Under the pieces are notes generated by a model. It did no database searches. It saw only the letters and a list, made by a program, of their open reading frames with translations, and was not told where the DNA came from. A stretch of DNA of 61,712 bases, the filler included. It is 6 parts of 6 records of this genome, joined end to end, with 100 filler letters (N's around TTAATTAATTAA, not from the genome) between each part and the next. Parts side by side here need not be neighbours in the genome. Positions count along the whole stretch, not along the records: positions 42,491 to 61,712 come from SRR2962707_4448; 5 more parts are not named here. One strand, 5' to 3'. Below, in pieces: positions 48,320 to 59,090 of this stretch. The translations under genes and the position numbers were made by a program. Each line of letters begins with the position of its first letter. The first letter of the stretch is position 1.

Positions 48320-49423
48320 ATGTACAAATTTCTGTCATCTTTTTTGTTTGTGACCTTGTCGCTTTCTTCCGCAACAGCCGGCGTTTTGAAAACGTCCGCC
48401 GGCGACGTGAAAATAGAAGTCATGGCGGAGGGCTTGGACGAACCGTGGTCATTTGGGTTTTTACCCGAAGGCGGCGTGTTGATTACCGAACGGGATGGCA
48501 ATCTGATTCACCTCTCGGAACAGGGGAAACGTTCAAAGATCGGCGGGTTGCCCAAAATTTCGGCCGACGGGCAGGGTGGTTTGCTTGACCTTCTAATCCC
48601 TTCGGATTTCGCCAATACACGCACGTTGTATTTCACCTATGCCAAGCCGCAAATGTGGAAATCCGGAACAGCGGTCGCGCGGGCCAGATTCCAGGCCGGC
48701 GCCCCAAGGCTGACCAAAGTTGAGACAATTTTCGAAATGACTCGGGGTTCCGGGGGCGGTGTACACTTTGGGTCGCGACTGGTGGAAAGCCCCGATGGCA
48801 CATTGTTCATCACCGTTGGAGACCGCGGCGAAGATTCCTCGGCTCAGGACTTGTCGCGCCATAACGGCTCTGTCCTACGGATTAACCGAGACGGTTCAGT
48901 TCCTGCGGACAACCCATTTGTCGGTCAAAAATCCGTTGAGCCGGAGATTTGGTCCTATGGGCATCGCAACCCTCAGGGCGCCGCGCTCGACTTGAAGGGC
49001 GCGCTATGGGTCAATGAACACGGGGCCAAGGGTGGCGACGAAGTGAATAAAATTACCAAGGGCCGTAACTATGGCTGGCCGGTGATTTCTTATGGTGTGC
49101 ATTATTCCGGGGCAAAGATCGGCGAGGGTGTCCAGAAAGAAGGAATGGAACAACCGCAACACTACTGGGACCCGTCAATCGCCCCTTCTGGGATGATGTT
49201 CTATTCCGGTCGACTGTGGCCAGAATGGCGAGGCGATATCTTTGTCGGATCTCTAAAATTCAGTTACATTGCCCGCCTTGATGGCACGCCGCTGATTGAG
49301 GCAGAGCAGATCAAAGGTCCCGAAACAGGTCGGGTCCGTGATATCAGAGAAGCCCCAGACGGGTCGATCTGGTTTCTTAGCGTGATCGATGGGAGCCTTG
49401 TACGGCTAAGCCCGAATACGTGA
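48320..49423 (+). CDS. PQQ-dependent sugar dehydrogenase (YliI/sGDH family)
   Basis: GQGGLLD, HFGSRL, YGHRNPQG, EHG..GGDEVN, NYGWP, SIAPSG. Confidence 0.92.
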   Translation: MYKFLSSFLFVTLSLSSATAGVLKTSAGDVKIEVMAEGLDEPWSFGFLPEGGVLITERDGNLIHLSEQGKRSKIGGLPKISADGQGGLLDLLIPSDFANTRTLYFTYAKPQMWKSGTAVARARFQAGAPRLTKVETIFEMTRGSGGGVHFGSRLVESPDGTLFITVGDRGEDSSAQDLSRHNGSVLRINRDGSVPADNPFVGQKSVEPEIWSYGHRNPQGAALDLKGALWVNEHGAKGGDEVNKITKGRNYGWPVISYGVHYSGAKIGEGVQKEGMEQPQHYWDPSIAPSGMMFYSGRLWPEWRGDIFVGSLKFSYIARLDGTPLIEAEQIKGPETGRVRDIREAPDGSIWFLSVIDGSLVRLSPNT

Positions 49424-49526
49424 TGTGAAGTAAAGCACCTTAAGGCGCTGCTAAAACTGGAAACGGGACGCCACCTTGATAGGAGCTATGGCATCTTAAG
49501 GAGCGTGTCCTGTTCCGTTACCTAAC

Positions 49527-50534
49527 CTAAGTCTGCACTGGGGAAGAGGCGTGACTACCACGTTCTCGATAGGGTGTGGTGTCATACTGCGCTCGATAAC
49601 ATTTCGAAAAATGGGACGGCGAGGCAAACCCACAGGCCAAGCCAACATTGATCACGCTCATATCTGTCTGCATCAGCAAGTTACGCGCTTTCTGCAACCG
49701 CAACTCCATATAGTACCGCTTTGGGGAACGATCCAAATAGCGACGGAACAGCCTTTCCAACTGACGCGTCGACATCCCCACATGTTCGGCCAGTAACGCC
49801 GGGCTGATCGGTTCTTCGATATTGGCCTCCATTGTTTGGATGACCTTGCTCAGTTTGGGGTGGCGCACACCAATACGGGTCGGCACAGACAAACGTTGAG
49901 TGTCCTGATCCGTGCGGATCGAATTGTAAATCAGTTGGTCCGCAACCGCATTGGCAAGATCTCCGCCATAGTCACGGGCAATCAGCGTTAACATCAGATC
50001 AATCGAGGACGTCCCGCCGGCCGTTGTCATCCGGTTTCCGTCAATTGTGAAAACCGACTTCGTTAAAAGAACGTCTTCAAATTCTTCTGCAAAGCTATCG
50101 TGATTCTCCCAATGAATGGTTGCCCGTTTGCCAGACATCAACCCGGCCGCAGCCAAAGTATATCCTGCTGTGCACAACCCGGCGATTGGAATGCCCCGTC
50201 GCGCCTCACGTCTCAGCCAATTCATTAACTTTTTTGTGGACCCATGCTGAACATCGATTCCGCCACACAACATGATCGTATCGTCGCGGGTTAATTCCGG
50301 CAGATCACAGTTTAGCTTGAACTCTGTTCCGGCAGAGCATTCAACAGTATCGCCACCTTCACCGGTCAAGAGCCATGAATATAAAGGCTTACCCGCCATT
50401 CTGTTTGCAATACGCAGGCTTTCCAATGCCGCGGAAAAGCTCAGCAAGGTAAAGCTTGGCATTAAGACAAAGACAAAACGTCGGTGCGTCTCGTCGGACG
50501 CTGTTGTTGGCACGATATCTCGTTGAAGATCCAT
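49527..50534 (-). CDS. GlxA family (DJ-1/AraC) transcriptional regulator
   Basis: LRIANR, LCTAG, ATIHWE, AraC HTH STRQLERLF, CGF.S.SHF. Confidence 0.92.
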   Translation of the reverse strand: MDLQRDIVPTTASDETHRRFVFVLMPSFTLLSFSAALESLRIANRMAGKPLYSWLLTGEGGDTVECSAGTEFKLNCDLPELTRDDTIMLCGGIDVQHGSTKKLMNWLRREARRGIPIAGLCTAGYTLAAAGLMSGKRATIHWENHDSFAEEFEDVLLTKSVFTIDGNRMTTAGGTSSIDLMLTLIARDYGGDLANAVADQLIYNSIRTDQDTQRLSVPTRIGVRHPKLSKVIQTMEANIEEPISPALLAEHVGMSTRQLERLFRRYLDRSPKRYYMELRLQKARNLLMQTDMSVINVGLACGFASPSHFSKCYRAQYDTTPYRERGSHASSPVQT

Positions 50535-50709
50535 TAATGGCGATTCCGTCTGTAGGAGTCAGTGTCCTATCTTAGGACTATGTCACTTGTTCAGAACCCA
50601 GACTAGGCGTCAAGAGATGATGCAAAAGTAATATGGTCACTGCCGAATAGCTTCTATATAGAACACATGTTATCGCAAACCGCCCAACCAAATGACCGGA
50701 GACATAGGC

Positions 50710-52080
50710 ATGACTGAGTGGCAAAAATCGAACTGGCGCAACAAACCGCGGGTTCAAATGCCGGACTACATCGATCAGGACGCACTGAACGCTGTAGAGG
50801 CTCAGCTGGCCAAATATCCACCGTTGGTATTTGCAGGCGAAGCCCGTCGTTTGAAAGAAAAGCTGGCAAAAGCGTCTCGTGGTGAGGCCTTTTTGCTTCA
50901 AGGCGGCGACTGCGCCGAGAGCTTTGATCAGTTCAGTGCCGACGGGATCCGGGACACTTTCAAAGTGATGCTGCAGATGGCTATGGTGCTGACGTACGGC
51001 GCCAAAGTTCCTGTTATCAAGGTCGGCCGTATGGCGGGTCAATTCGCGAAACCGCGTTCGGCGCCGACCGAAGTGGTCAACGGCGTTGAATTGCCAAGCT
51101 ACCGTGGCGACATCATCAATGATCTGGACTTCACTTCAGAAGCCCGGATTCCTGATCCTCGCAAGATGCTGCAAGCCTATACGCAATCCGCCGCGACGTT
51201 GAACCTGTTACGCGCCTTTTCAACCGGTGGCTATGCGGATGTACATGAAGTGCATTCGTGGACCCTTGGTTTTACCAAAGGCGAAAAGGCCGAGCGTTAC
51301 CGCGAAATGGCGGGACGTATCAGCGATACGCTGGACTTTATGACCGCTGCCGGAATCGATAGCGACAATACACATGCGCTTAAGGTCGTGGATTTCTACA
51401 CGAGCCACGAGTCTTTGCTTCTGGAATATGAAGAAGCGCTGACACGTTTGGATTCGACCTCGGATAAATGGTTGGCCGGCTCGGGTCATATGATCTGGAT
51501 TGGCGACCGCACACGTCAGCCAGACGGTGCCCATGTGGAATTTGCCAGCGGCGTCCTTAACCCGATCGGACTGAAATGTGGTCCGACAACAACAGCAGAA
51601 GATCTGAAAGTTCTGATCCAAAAGCTGAACCCGGAAAATGAAGCCGGTAAACTGACGCTGATTGCGCGTTTTGGTGCAGGTAAAGTTGCAGAACATCTGC
51701 CGCGCCTGATCAAAGCTGTGCAAGAAGTCGACGCCAATGTGGTTTGGGTTTGTGATGCCATGCATGGCAACACGATCAAATCCAGCACAGGGTACAAAAC
51801 CCGGCCCTTCGATGCTGTTCTTCAAGAAGTGCGTGAGTTCTTTGCAATTCACCGCGCCGAAGGCACGATCCCTGGTGGTGTCCATTTCGAGATGACCGGA
51901 CAGGACGTCACAGAATGCACAGGCGGAGTTCGCGCTGTGAGCGACGAAGATCTGAGCAGCCGCTATCACACGGCTTGTGACCCACGCCTCAACGCATCTC
52001 AGTCTCTTGAACTCGCGTTCTTGGTGGCGGAAGAGCTGACAAACATGCGCCGCGATGAAAAGATGGCGGTTTCGTCTTAA
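50710..52080 (+). CDS. Class II DAHP synthase
   Basis: [40 protein letters not shown]. Confidence 0.96.
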   Translation: MTEWQKSNWRNKPRVQMPDYIDQDALNAVEAQLAKYPPLVFAGEARRLKEKLAKASRGEAFLLQGGDCAESFDQFSADGIRDTFKVMLQMAMVLTYGAKVPVIKVGRMAGQFAKPRSAPTEVVNGVELPSYRGDIINDLDFTSEARIPDPRKMLQAYTQSAATLNLLRAFSTGGYADVHEVHSWTLGFTKGEKAERYREMAGRISDTLDFMTAAGIDSDNTHALKVVDFYTSHESLLLEYEEALTRLDSTSDKWLAGSGHMIWIGDRTRQPDGAHVEFASGVLNPIGLKCGPTTTAEDLKVLIQKLNPENEAGKLTLIARFGAGKVAEHLPRLIKAVQEVDANVVWVCDAMHGNTIKSSTGYKTRPFDAVLQEVREFFAIHRAEGTIPGGVHFEMTGQDVTECTGGVRAVSDEDLSSRYHTACDPRLNASQSLELAFLVAEELTNMRRDEKMAVSS

Positions 52081-52101
52081 TAATTTCGCCGTTTACGTGT
52101 T

Positions 52102-52131
52102 AAAAAGGGCAGAGTTTTCTCTGCCCTTTTT
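52102..52131. terminator. Bidirectional Rho-independent terminator
   Basis: AAAAAGGGCAGAG-TTTT-CTCTGCCCTTTTT between convergent genes. Confidence 0.8.
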
Positions 52132-52216
52132 GTATTGCGCCCTTGCTTCAGAGTGACCAAACGGCATTGATCTTACCTTATGCGCCGACCTTGGACTCTA
52201 CCGGACACCAACGGAT

Positions 52217-52879
52217 CTAATCGTTTGAGATCACCAATTTCAGCGCGGGTGCCGGCATGGCCTTTCCTTCAAACGACACAGAGTTTTCTGCCGCAATTGA
52301 CCGACGGGACACCCGAGGCATGGCAAACATTCGCGAGGGCTTGAACGGTCTGAAACCAATTTTGCGGATTGCAAGTCGATGCGGCGGTTGGCCGATCTGG
52401 CCGCGTGTTACAAGGCATCCCAGCATTTTGTTTACAGTTCCCGCCTCAGATCGAAGAGGCAAGACAATTAGCGAGGCTTCAAAAGGGGACCCGCCTGTTG
52501 CCCCGTGGTGACCACAGGTAATGTCCAAAACGGAAGACGTTTCAAACATCTGTTGTGTTGCGACCTCCAGTTTTGATCTGCACTCACTTGAAAACAAAGC
52601 GCTAAACGGCATTCCGGCAACGGACATTCCCATAAGATCATTTAGGTGCATTCCGCTGACGCGAAGTCGCACAACGCCTGGATGCACGGCTTCACCAACA
52701 AACGTGTACGGTAGCGCAGCTGTAATTTCCTTCGGTTTGATGGATGAACGCAAAGGGACCAAACCGTTTTTTGACAAGGAACGCCAATACGCCTCGACGC
52801 TACGAAGATGTCGGTTTCGCGAATTTGCCTTGTGTTCGTGCATCGAAATTACATTTTCCATCATACCGCTTATCTCCAA
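52217..52879 (-). CDS. PAS domain protein (PAS_5/DUF1457-like)
   Basis: AYW..L....P.RS.I.P, RLRVSG.HL..LMG, LPL motifs; C-terminal LKLV. Confidence 0.75.
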   Translation of the reverse strand: MEISGMMENVISMHEHKANSRNRHLRSVEAYWRSLSKNGLVPLRSSIKPKEITAALPYTFVGEAVHPGVVRLRVSGMHLNDLMGMSVAGMPFSALFSSECRSKLEVATQQMFETSSVLDITCGHHGATGGSPFEASLIVLPLRSEAGTVNKMLGCLVTRGQIGQPPHRLAIRKIGFRPFKPSRMFAMPRVSRRSIAAENSVSFEGKAMPAPALKLVISND

Positions 52880-53085
52880 AACCAGATCGGAGCTTCAGCA
52901 TCGTTAATTTGCCTTCACCGATCTTTCCAAAACGTTAACGCGTAAAAGACAATTAGCCCGAAATGATCTTCAATTCGTCTGATTTTGACTCAGATGGTTA
53001 ATCAAACTCGGGTGACTGCGCCCTTGATTTGGTCCCCTCCAACGCGTACCCCATGTTAACTTTGACGAAATATGAGGAGAGCAGA

Positions 53086-53976
53086 GTGCACGTCTCAATG
53101 ACCGGATTTTCCAGTGGGCAAGGTGAGGCTGAAGGCCTTCGTTGGAGTTGGGATCTGCGCAGTGTGAATAACAAAGGTCTGGACATTCGCGCGCGCGTTC
53201 CCGATTGGGTCGATGGCCTTGAGCAGGCATTAAAAACTGCTATTTCTCAGAAGGTTAAACGCGGATCTGTTACTGTCTCGCTCCGTCTGCAATCCGCCGG
53301 TTCTCAAGATTCTGTTGCTCTCAACTCGGCTCAGATGACAGCCGTCTTGGACGCCATGACACAGATCGAAGAAGAGGCCATGTCGCGTGGCCTGTCGTTG
53401 GCACCGTCAACCGCGTCTGACATCGTAGCGATCCGGGGTATCTTGGACAGTCAAAGCGTCGAAAGTGATCCTGCGGAAATCAAGAAAATATTATTAAAAG
53501 ACTTCGAAACTCTTCTTGGCGACTTTATCGACATGCGTCAGGCAGAAGGTGCAATCGTTGGGGCGGTCTTGATTGATCAATTGGACCAGATTGATGCTTT
53601 GATAAAGGCGGCGATTGTCCAGGTTGCGGACCGCAAGGATGAGCAATCTGAAAAGATGCGGGCCGCCATTCTGCGGGTTGTCGAAAATACGGACGTGGTT
53701 GATGAAAGCCGTCTTGCCCAGGAATTGGCGTTGATCGCGGTTAAGTCCGATGTAACGGAAGAGCTCGATCGGCTTCAGGCCCATGTGGTTGCCGCCCGCG
53801 AGCTGTTGGCAAAAGACGTACCCATCGGTCGCAAGCTTGATTTTCTGATGCAGGAATTCAATCGTGAAGCGAATACCCTCTGCGCAAAATCACAATCTGC
53901 GCCACTGACCCGTATTGGCCTTGACCTTAAATCGGTGATCGACCAACTGCGCGAGCAAGTTCAGAACTTGGAGTAA
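53086..53976 (+). CDS. yicC: YicC/YloC family endoribonuclease
   Basis: SMTGF, RSVN.KGLD, EELDRL, GRKLDFLMQEFNREANT, REQVQNLE; GAGGAG RBS before GTG. Confidence 0.93.
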   Translation: MHVSMTGFSSGQGEAEGLRWSWDLRSVNNKGLDIRARVPDWVDGLEQALKTAISQKVKRGSVTVSLRLQSAGSQDSVALNSAQMTAVLDAMTQIEEEAMSRGLSLAPSTASDIVAIRGILDSQSVESDPAEIKKILLKDFETLLGDFIDMRQAEGAIVGAVLIDQLDQIDALIKAAIVQVADRKDEQSEKMRAAILRVVENTDVVDESRLAQELALIAVKSDVTEELDRLQAHVVAARELLAKDVPIGRKLDFLMQEFNREANTLCAKSQSAPLTRIGLDLKSVIDQLREQVQNLE

Positions 53977-53979
53977 CCC

Positions 53980-54624
53980 ATGCCCACCAGACGCGGCCTT
54001 TTGATTATTTTGTCTTCACCTTCAGGTGCCGGCAAGTCCACGTTGACCAAGCGCTTGCGCCAATGGGATCCGTCGATCCAGTTCTCTGTCTCGGCCACAA
54101 CGCGTGCGCCGCGCGACGGAGAAGTAGACGGGCAGGACTATCATTTCATGAGCGTGGACGCGTTCAAACGTTCCGTTTCCGAAGAAGGCATGCTTGAACA
54201 CGCCCACGTGTTCGGAAATTTCTATGGTTCTCCACGGGCCCCGGTTCAGGCGGCGATTGATGACGGCACGGACGTTTTGTTCGATATTGACTGGCAAGGT
54301 GCGCAGCAAATCCGAAACTCGATTTTGGCACCACATACCTTGTCGATCTTCATCCTGCCGCCCTCCATCAAAGAACTGCACCGCCGTTTGATCTCTCGGG
54401 GCCAGGATGACATGGACGTGATCGACAAGCGTATGCACAAAAGCTGGGACGAAATAAGCCATTGGGGCAGCTATGATTATGTGTTGATCAATGATGATCT
54501 GGACAAGACGAACGAAGACTTGAAAGGCATTATTTCTGCAACCAGATTGCGGCGCATTCAGCAACCAGCCTTGACCGAACATGTCAGAAAACTTCAGACT
54601 GAATTTGAGGAGACGCAAATATGA
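53980..54624 (+). CDS. gmk: Guanylate kinase
   Basis: [33 protein letters not shown]. Confidence 0.96.
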   Translation: MPTRRGLLIILSSPSGAGKSTLTKRLRQWDPSIQFSVSATTRAPRDGEVDGQDYHFMSVDAFKRSVSEEGMLEHAHVFGNFYGSPRAPVQAAIDDGTDVLFDIDWQGAQQIRNSILAPHTLSIFILPPSIKELHRRLISRGQDDMDVIDKRMHKSWDEISHWGSYDYVLINDDLDKTNEDLKGIISATRLRRIQQPALTEHVRKLQTEFEETQI

Positions 54625-55142
54625 CGCTGTATTCATTGGGAAAAATGTCGCCGACGATCGATGAGGATACCTGGGTGGCCCCCGATGCAAATGTCATTGG
54701 AAATGTTGAGCTAGAGGCCGGCGCCTCGGTTTGGTTTGGCTGTACCTTGCGCGGCGACAATGAAAAAATTCTAATTGGAGCCGGGTCAAACGTGCAGGAA
54801 AACTCAGTCTTTCACACGGACCCGGGCTGCCCCTTGATCGTCGGAAATGGTTGCACCATCGGTCATAAAGTGATGCTGCATGGCTGTATCATCGGAGACA
54901 ACTCCTTGATTGGCATGGGGGCGACCGTGCTAAATGGCGCCAAGATCGGCAAAAACTGTCTGATTGGGGCCGGTGCCTTGATCACGGAAAACAAAGTGAT
55001 TCCAGACGGTTCTTTGGTTATGGGAGCGCCTGGAAAGGTCGTTCGCCAATTGGATGACGCCGCGATTGAAGGCCTACGTAAAAGCGCCAAACATTACCAA
55101 GACAATATGCGCCGCTTTCGCTCTGATCTGAAGGCGCTGTAA
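54621..55142 (+). CDS. Gamma carbonic anhydrase family protein
   Basis: LRGD, SNVQE, TIGH.VMLHGC, hexapeptide repeats. Confidence 0.93.
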   Translation: MTLYSLGKMSPTIDEDTWVAPDANVIGNVELEAGASVWFGCTLRGDNEKILIGAGSNVQENSVFHTDPGCPLIVGNGCTIGHKVMLHGCIIGDNSLIGMGATVLNGAKIGKNCLIGAGALITENKVIPDGSLVMGAPGKVVRQLDDAAIEGLRKSAKHYQDNMRRFRSDLKAL

Positions 55143-55275
55143 ACGCTCAACTTCAATCACTTACGCTGCCAATTACATCCTGAACGCCAAGAGACGCCGC
55201 GTTTGGCTGTCTACCTCTTGTCGCGACGCCTGTGCTGTGCGAAGCCATGATCAAAAGCTATCAGGAGACCTTGGT

Positions 55276-56451
55276 ATGAAGTCTACCCTTATCCGCCCCT
55301 CGGGTTTTCCGGCCAGTGTATCGACCGCGGTCGTAACTCCACTGATGCCGTCGGTTGTCTATGCCAGCACGTCTCCGGACGAGTTGGACGCGCAATATGA
55401 TGGCGACCTGAATGGGTATACCTATGCCCGTGAAGGCCACCCAAACGCGGATATTGTCGCTCGACGCATCGATGCGATGGAGGGCGTCGAAGGTGGCGTT
55501 CTGGTGGGGTCTGGTATGGCGGCCGTTTCGGCTGTCTTGCTTGGCTTAACCAAAGCGGGCGACCACGTTGTTGGCGGCGACCAGCTTTATGGCCGATCTC
55601 TTCGCATGATGCACGAGGATCTGCCGCGCTTGGGGATCGAGACCAGTTTGGCAGACCCGTGTGATGCCGCCGCGATCAAGGCCGCGCTGCGCCCAAACAC
55701 AAAACTCGTGTTGATCGAAATTGTCTCGAACCCGACGTTGCGCATTGCCGACCTGGACGGCATTGCAGAAGTTTGCCGGGACGCCGGCGTTCTATTGGTG
55801 GTGGACAACACATTTACCACGCCCAAAGGCGTCCTTCCTTTTGAGCATGATGCGGATATTGTCTTGCATTCCGTGACAAAGCTTTTGGCCGGGCATTCCG
55901 ATGTCACCTTGGGTTGGGTCGCGGCAAAAGACCCCGAATTGACCAACAAAATGAAGGTTTTTGCAACAACGTTGGGCCTTACCCCAAGCCCGTTTGATTG
56001 CTGGCTCGCCGAGCGCGGTATGATGACTTTTGATCTTCGCTTTAAACAAGCCCAAGAAACGGCCCGAACACTGGCTGACCATTTGGCGACTGCTGCCGGC
56101 GTGAAACGAGTGTTATATCCAACGCGGTCGGATCACCCGGATCATGGGCGAGCACAATCAATCTTGCAGGGGCAGGGCGGCAACATGCTGAGCTTCGAAT
56201 TAGACGGGGGGCGCGCTCAGGCAAATGCTTTTGCAGAGGCCGCAAAGGGCATCGCCTTTGCCCCGACTCTAGGGGATGTGGGGACCACGCTTTCACACCC
56301 GGCCAGCTCGTCTCACCGCGCGCTGACACCAGAACAACGCGCGGCAATCGGTATTACCGAAGGGTTCTTCCGGGTTTCTGTTGGGCTTGAAGACCCCACG
56401 GCCCTGATGGCCTGTTTTGAGGACGGGTTGGCCGCATCACAGGCCGTCTGA
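55276..56451 (+). CDS. Trans-sulfuration (Cys/Met metabolism) PLP enzyme
   Basis: YAREGHPN, SGMAA, VDNTF, HSVTKLLAGHSD, RVSVGLE. Confidence 0.9.
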   Translation: MKSTLIRPSGFPASVSTAVVTPLMPSVVYASTSPDELDAQYDGDLNGYTYAREGHPNADIVARRIDAMEGVEGGVLVGSGMAAVSAVLLGLTKAGDHVVGGDQLYGRSLRMMHEDLPRLGIETSLADPCDAAAIKAALRPNTKLVLIEIVSNPTLRIADLDGIAEVCRDAGVLLVVDNTFTTPKGVLPFEHDADIVLHSVTKLLAGHSDVTLGWVAAKDPELTNKMKVFATTLGLTPSPFDCWLAERGMMTFDLRFKQAQETARTLADHLATAAGVKRVLYPTRSDHPDHGRAQSILQGQGGNMLSFELDGGRAQANAFAEAAKGIAFAPTLGDVGTTLSHPASSSHRALTPEQRAAIGITEGFFRVSVGLEDPTALMACFEDGLAASQAV

Positions 56452-56455
56452 GATT

Positions 56456-57496
56456 ATGAACGAACAAATGCTTCAGGAAATGGTCGAGGCAGTGCCTTTG
56501 CCGACATTGTTGATCCGCAAGAACGAGCGCATTGAGGCGGCAAATTCGGCCGCGCAATCGCTCTTGGGAGATGCGATTGTCAAACGCCACTTTATTACGG
56601 CCCTTCGCCAGCCCAACCTGTTGGACTCGATTGAAGGAACGCTGCGCGACGGAAAACCACGCGATGCAGAGTTTCTGACAAATGACGGCCGTCAGGACAC
56701 GACTTTTCGCGTCACAGTGCGACCTGTGTCACTCCCTTCCGGGACTGGAACATTGGTCTGTTTCGAAGACATCACCCATGTTGAACAAGTCGGTCTGATG
56801 CGCCGGGACTTTGTTGCCAACGTGAGCCATGAATTACGGACGCCCTTGACCGCTCTCATTGGGTTTATCGAAACCCTGCAAGGCCCCGCAAACGGTGATC
56901 AAAATGCTTTGGAGCGGTTTTTAAAGATCATGTCGGACGAGGCCGGCCGTATGAATCGGCTGGTGGGCGATCTTTTGTCCCTGAGCCGAGTTGAAGCTGA
57001 CGAACGTGTCCGCCCACAGGACACGGTAGATCCCGTTGCTTTAGCGCAGACCACAATCAGTGGATTGTTACCGCAAGCCAAAGAAGTTGGTGCAACGATA
57101 TCTCTCAGCGCACCAGATGACCCTGTGCACATCCTTGGCGACGCAGATCAATTGCAGCAGGTTTTCACCAACCTGATCGAAAATGCTCTGAAATACGGTG
57201 GTCCAACCGTAAAAGTTGCGGTCAAGATATGTGCGCCAGAATACGAGCCGCGCCTTCGTGGGCATGCCATTCGCCTCATAATTCGAGACAATGGTCCCGG
57301 CATTGATCCACTGCACTTACCGCGATTGACCGAAAGGTTCTATCGAGTCGATGATCACCGCTCCCGTGAAATGGGCGGCACCGGGCTTGGGCTGGCCATT
57401 GTGAAACATATTATTAACCGGCACCGCGGTCGCATGCGTATCGAGAGCGCGCTCGGCAAAGGCACGACATTTACGTTATTGCTGCTGGTCGATTAA
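56456..57496 (+). CDS. phoR: Phosphate regulon sensor histidine kinase
   Basis: RRDFVANVSHELRTPLT, NLIENALKY, RLTERFYRVD..RSR..GGTGLGL; near pstS. Confidence 0.9.
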   Translation: MNEQMLQEMVEAVPLPTLLIRKNERIEAANSAAQSLLGDAIVKRHFITALRQPNLLDSIEGTLRDGKPRDAEFLTNDGRQDTTFRVTVRPVSLPSGTGTLVCFEDITHVEQVGLMRRDFVANVSHELRTPLTALIGFIETLQGPANGDQNALERFLKIMSDEAGRMNRLVGDLLSLSRVEADERVRPQDTVDPVALAQTTISGLLPQAKEVGATISLSAPDDPVHILGDADQLQQVFTNLIENALKYGGPTVKVAVKICAPEYEPRLRGHAIRLIIRDNGPGIDPLHLPRLTERFYRVDDHRSREMGGTGLGLAIVKHIINRHRGRMRIESALGKGTTFTLLLLVD

Positions 57497-58677
57497 GGAT
57501 CCACAGGCAACGGTTGGTAATTCATGACGCGGCGAAATCTCTGCGACATGATTTCATTTTCCGCGCGTTTTTCGTCTATGCGCGACCAGCTTTCTGCTGG
57601 CGATATAAATCCGGACCTCGTCAGACGCTTCTGCAACTGCGGGAAATCCAATTCTGCCACAGACATGTGTTTTCGGATGCCATCTTTTGGCATCCAATGC
57701 CGATGAATGGCTTCGATCAATAGCGGTCGAGTGCCTGAGAATGCTTTGATGTGTCGCACAATAGAACGGGTGGCCCCGGATTGGCGTCGCACAACGATAC
57801 CGACCTTTTGATCCGCACGCGCCACCATCGCAAATAGATGCAAAGCAGAGCCTTCGGCTGCTAACACATGTGTCGCCGCCTTATACCGGGCAATCTGTTC
57901 AGCCAGACTATGCTTTTGCGGATGAAAGATGTCATAGCCTTGAGCCACCAGCAAAGTCTCCAGATGCTTTTCGAACAGCAAACCGCCCTTGCGCGGGCTC
58001 ATTTCGGATCGGGAAATATAGAGCTTTTGTCTGCCCGCCGCAGGTACACTGAAGCCAAAGTGCGTTTTAATGGCTTGGCGGAATATATCCGTACCAGACG
58101 CCATATCGCCAAGGCCAAAACCTTGCCCCGGGACCAGCAACTGCTCGACCGTTGAAGGGGACCGCACGACCCTGATTGGGCAATCCGCGCCCATTAGTTG
58201 GACAAATCCGCTGTGGTACGACGCGGGCGCGACGTCTCTGTCTTCCCACTTCGCAAAGAACAGAATGCCGTCAATGTCTTTGCTGAAATAATCGAGCGCC
58301 CAAAGGCGTGATGTGCTTTCGCAGAGAAAATGTCCAAAGTGATTGTAGAGAAGCCCGCCCCACATCCATGTACCAGAGTAATGTTCTGTCATTTGTGAAG
58401 GGGGCTCGGCTTCAAGGGTAATTCGGCGGTTCCCGCGCCAGACCGCCGCTTCGTGCAGCATCTTCTGATCGGCCGAAAAGACAGACGCCGGAAATGTCAG
58501 AGCGCGCTTTCCTTGCGGAGGCTGGAGGATCGCATTGTAAAGGCGGGTGACCGACGTGGACCATCCGCCGTCAGGCGATGGTTTTTCTGTGGCATAATTC
58601 GCGGGAACAGCGGCCAAAGGGGCGGTCGTCGCCATGACACCATTTTCTAATAGCCGTTCCGAATCGAGCTGCTTCAT
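57493..58677 (-). CDS. Glycosyltransferase family 61 (DUF563-like) protein
   Basis: HFGHFL.ES..RLW, KLYISR, P...SL.EQI..Y, EGSALH motifs. Confidence 0.75.
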   Translation of the reverse strand: MKQLDSERLLENGVMATTAPLAAVPANYATEKPSPDGGWSTSVTRLYNAILQPPQGKRALTFPASVFSADQKMLHEAAVWRGNRRITLEAEPPSQMTEHYSGTWMWGGLLYNHFGHFLCESTSRLWALDYFSKDIDGILFFAKWEDRDVAPASYHSGFVQLMGADCPIRVVRSPSTVEQLLVPGQGFGLGDMASGTDIFRQAIKTHFGFSVPAAGRQKLYISRSEMSPRKGGLLFEKHLETLLVAQGYDIFHPQKHSLAEQIARYKAATHVLAAEGSALHLFAMVARADQKVGIVVRRQSGATRSIVRHIKAFSGTRPLLIEAIHRHWMPKDGIRKHMSVAELDFPQLQKRLTRSGFISPAESWSRIDEKRAENEIMSQRFRRVMNYQPLPVDP

Positions 58678-58981
58678 CCGCCCAAAGTCCGATTTGTCAC
58701 AATGCTACCCTCATGGCTGAACGCTCAGAAGCGCCACAGATCTAAGGTGGAGTGACGTGCTGTGAATCATCTGGGCTTCGACCTGATTTGCTATTCATTT
58801 TCTACAAAGTTTATACAACTTCATGACAAGTCCATTTTTTGGAGTTTTTCACGGCGATACCAAGACATCGGTAAAGCTGCCCAATTTCTCAAACAAGCCT
58901 CTGATAAAAAACAATAAAGAAAAAGAAGCGTGCTGATCTTGGAGCGTCAGACATTTCGACAATTTTACGCAACCATGCGTT

Positions 58982-59014
58982 TTGTCATAAAACAGTTACA
59001 TGAGTGTCACAAAA
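58982..59014 (+). promoter_or_regulatory. Pho box (three 11-bp units) upstream of pstS
   Basis: TTGTCATAAAA-CAGTTACATGA-GTGTCACAAAA matches the CTGTCAT repeat consensus. Confidence 0.8.
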
Positions 59015-59090
59015 GCTCAGCACGTTGACCCTAGTTATCGCGGCAAGATCATCGTGGGGATGATCGAGCACTCAATCAGGAGCTACCCCA

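Noticed and set aside
56456-57496. PhoR lacking N-terminal TM helices as a pseudogene
   Set aside because: The ORF is intact, closely follows the upstream gene and has all kinase motifs; more likely a naturally soluble form.
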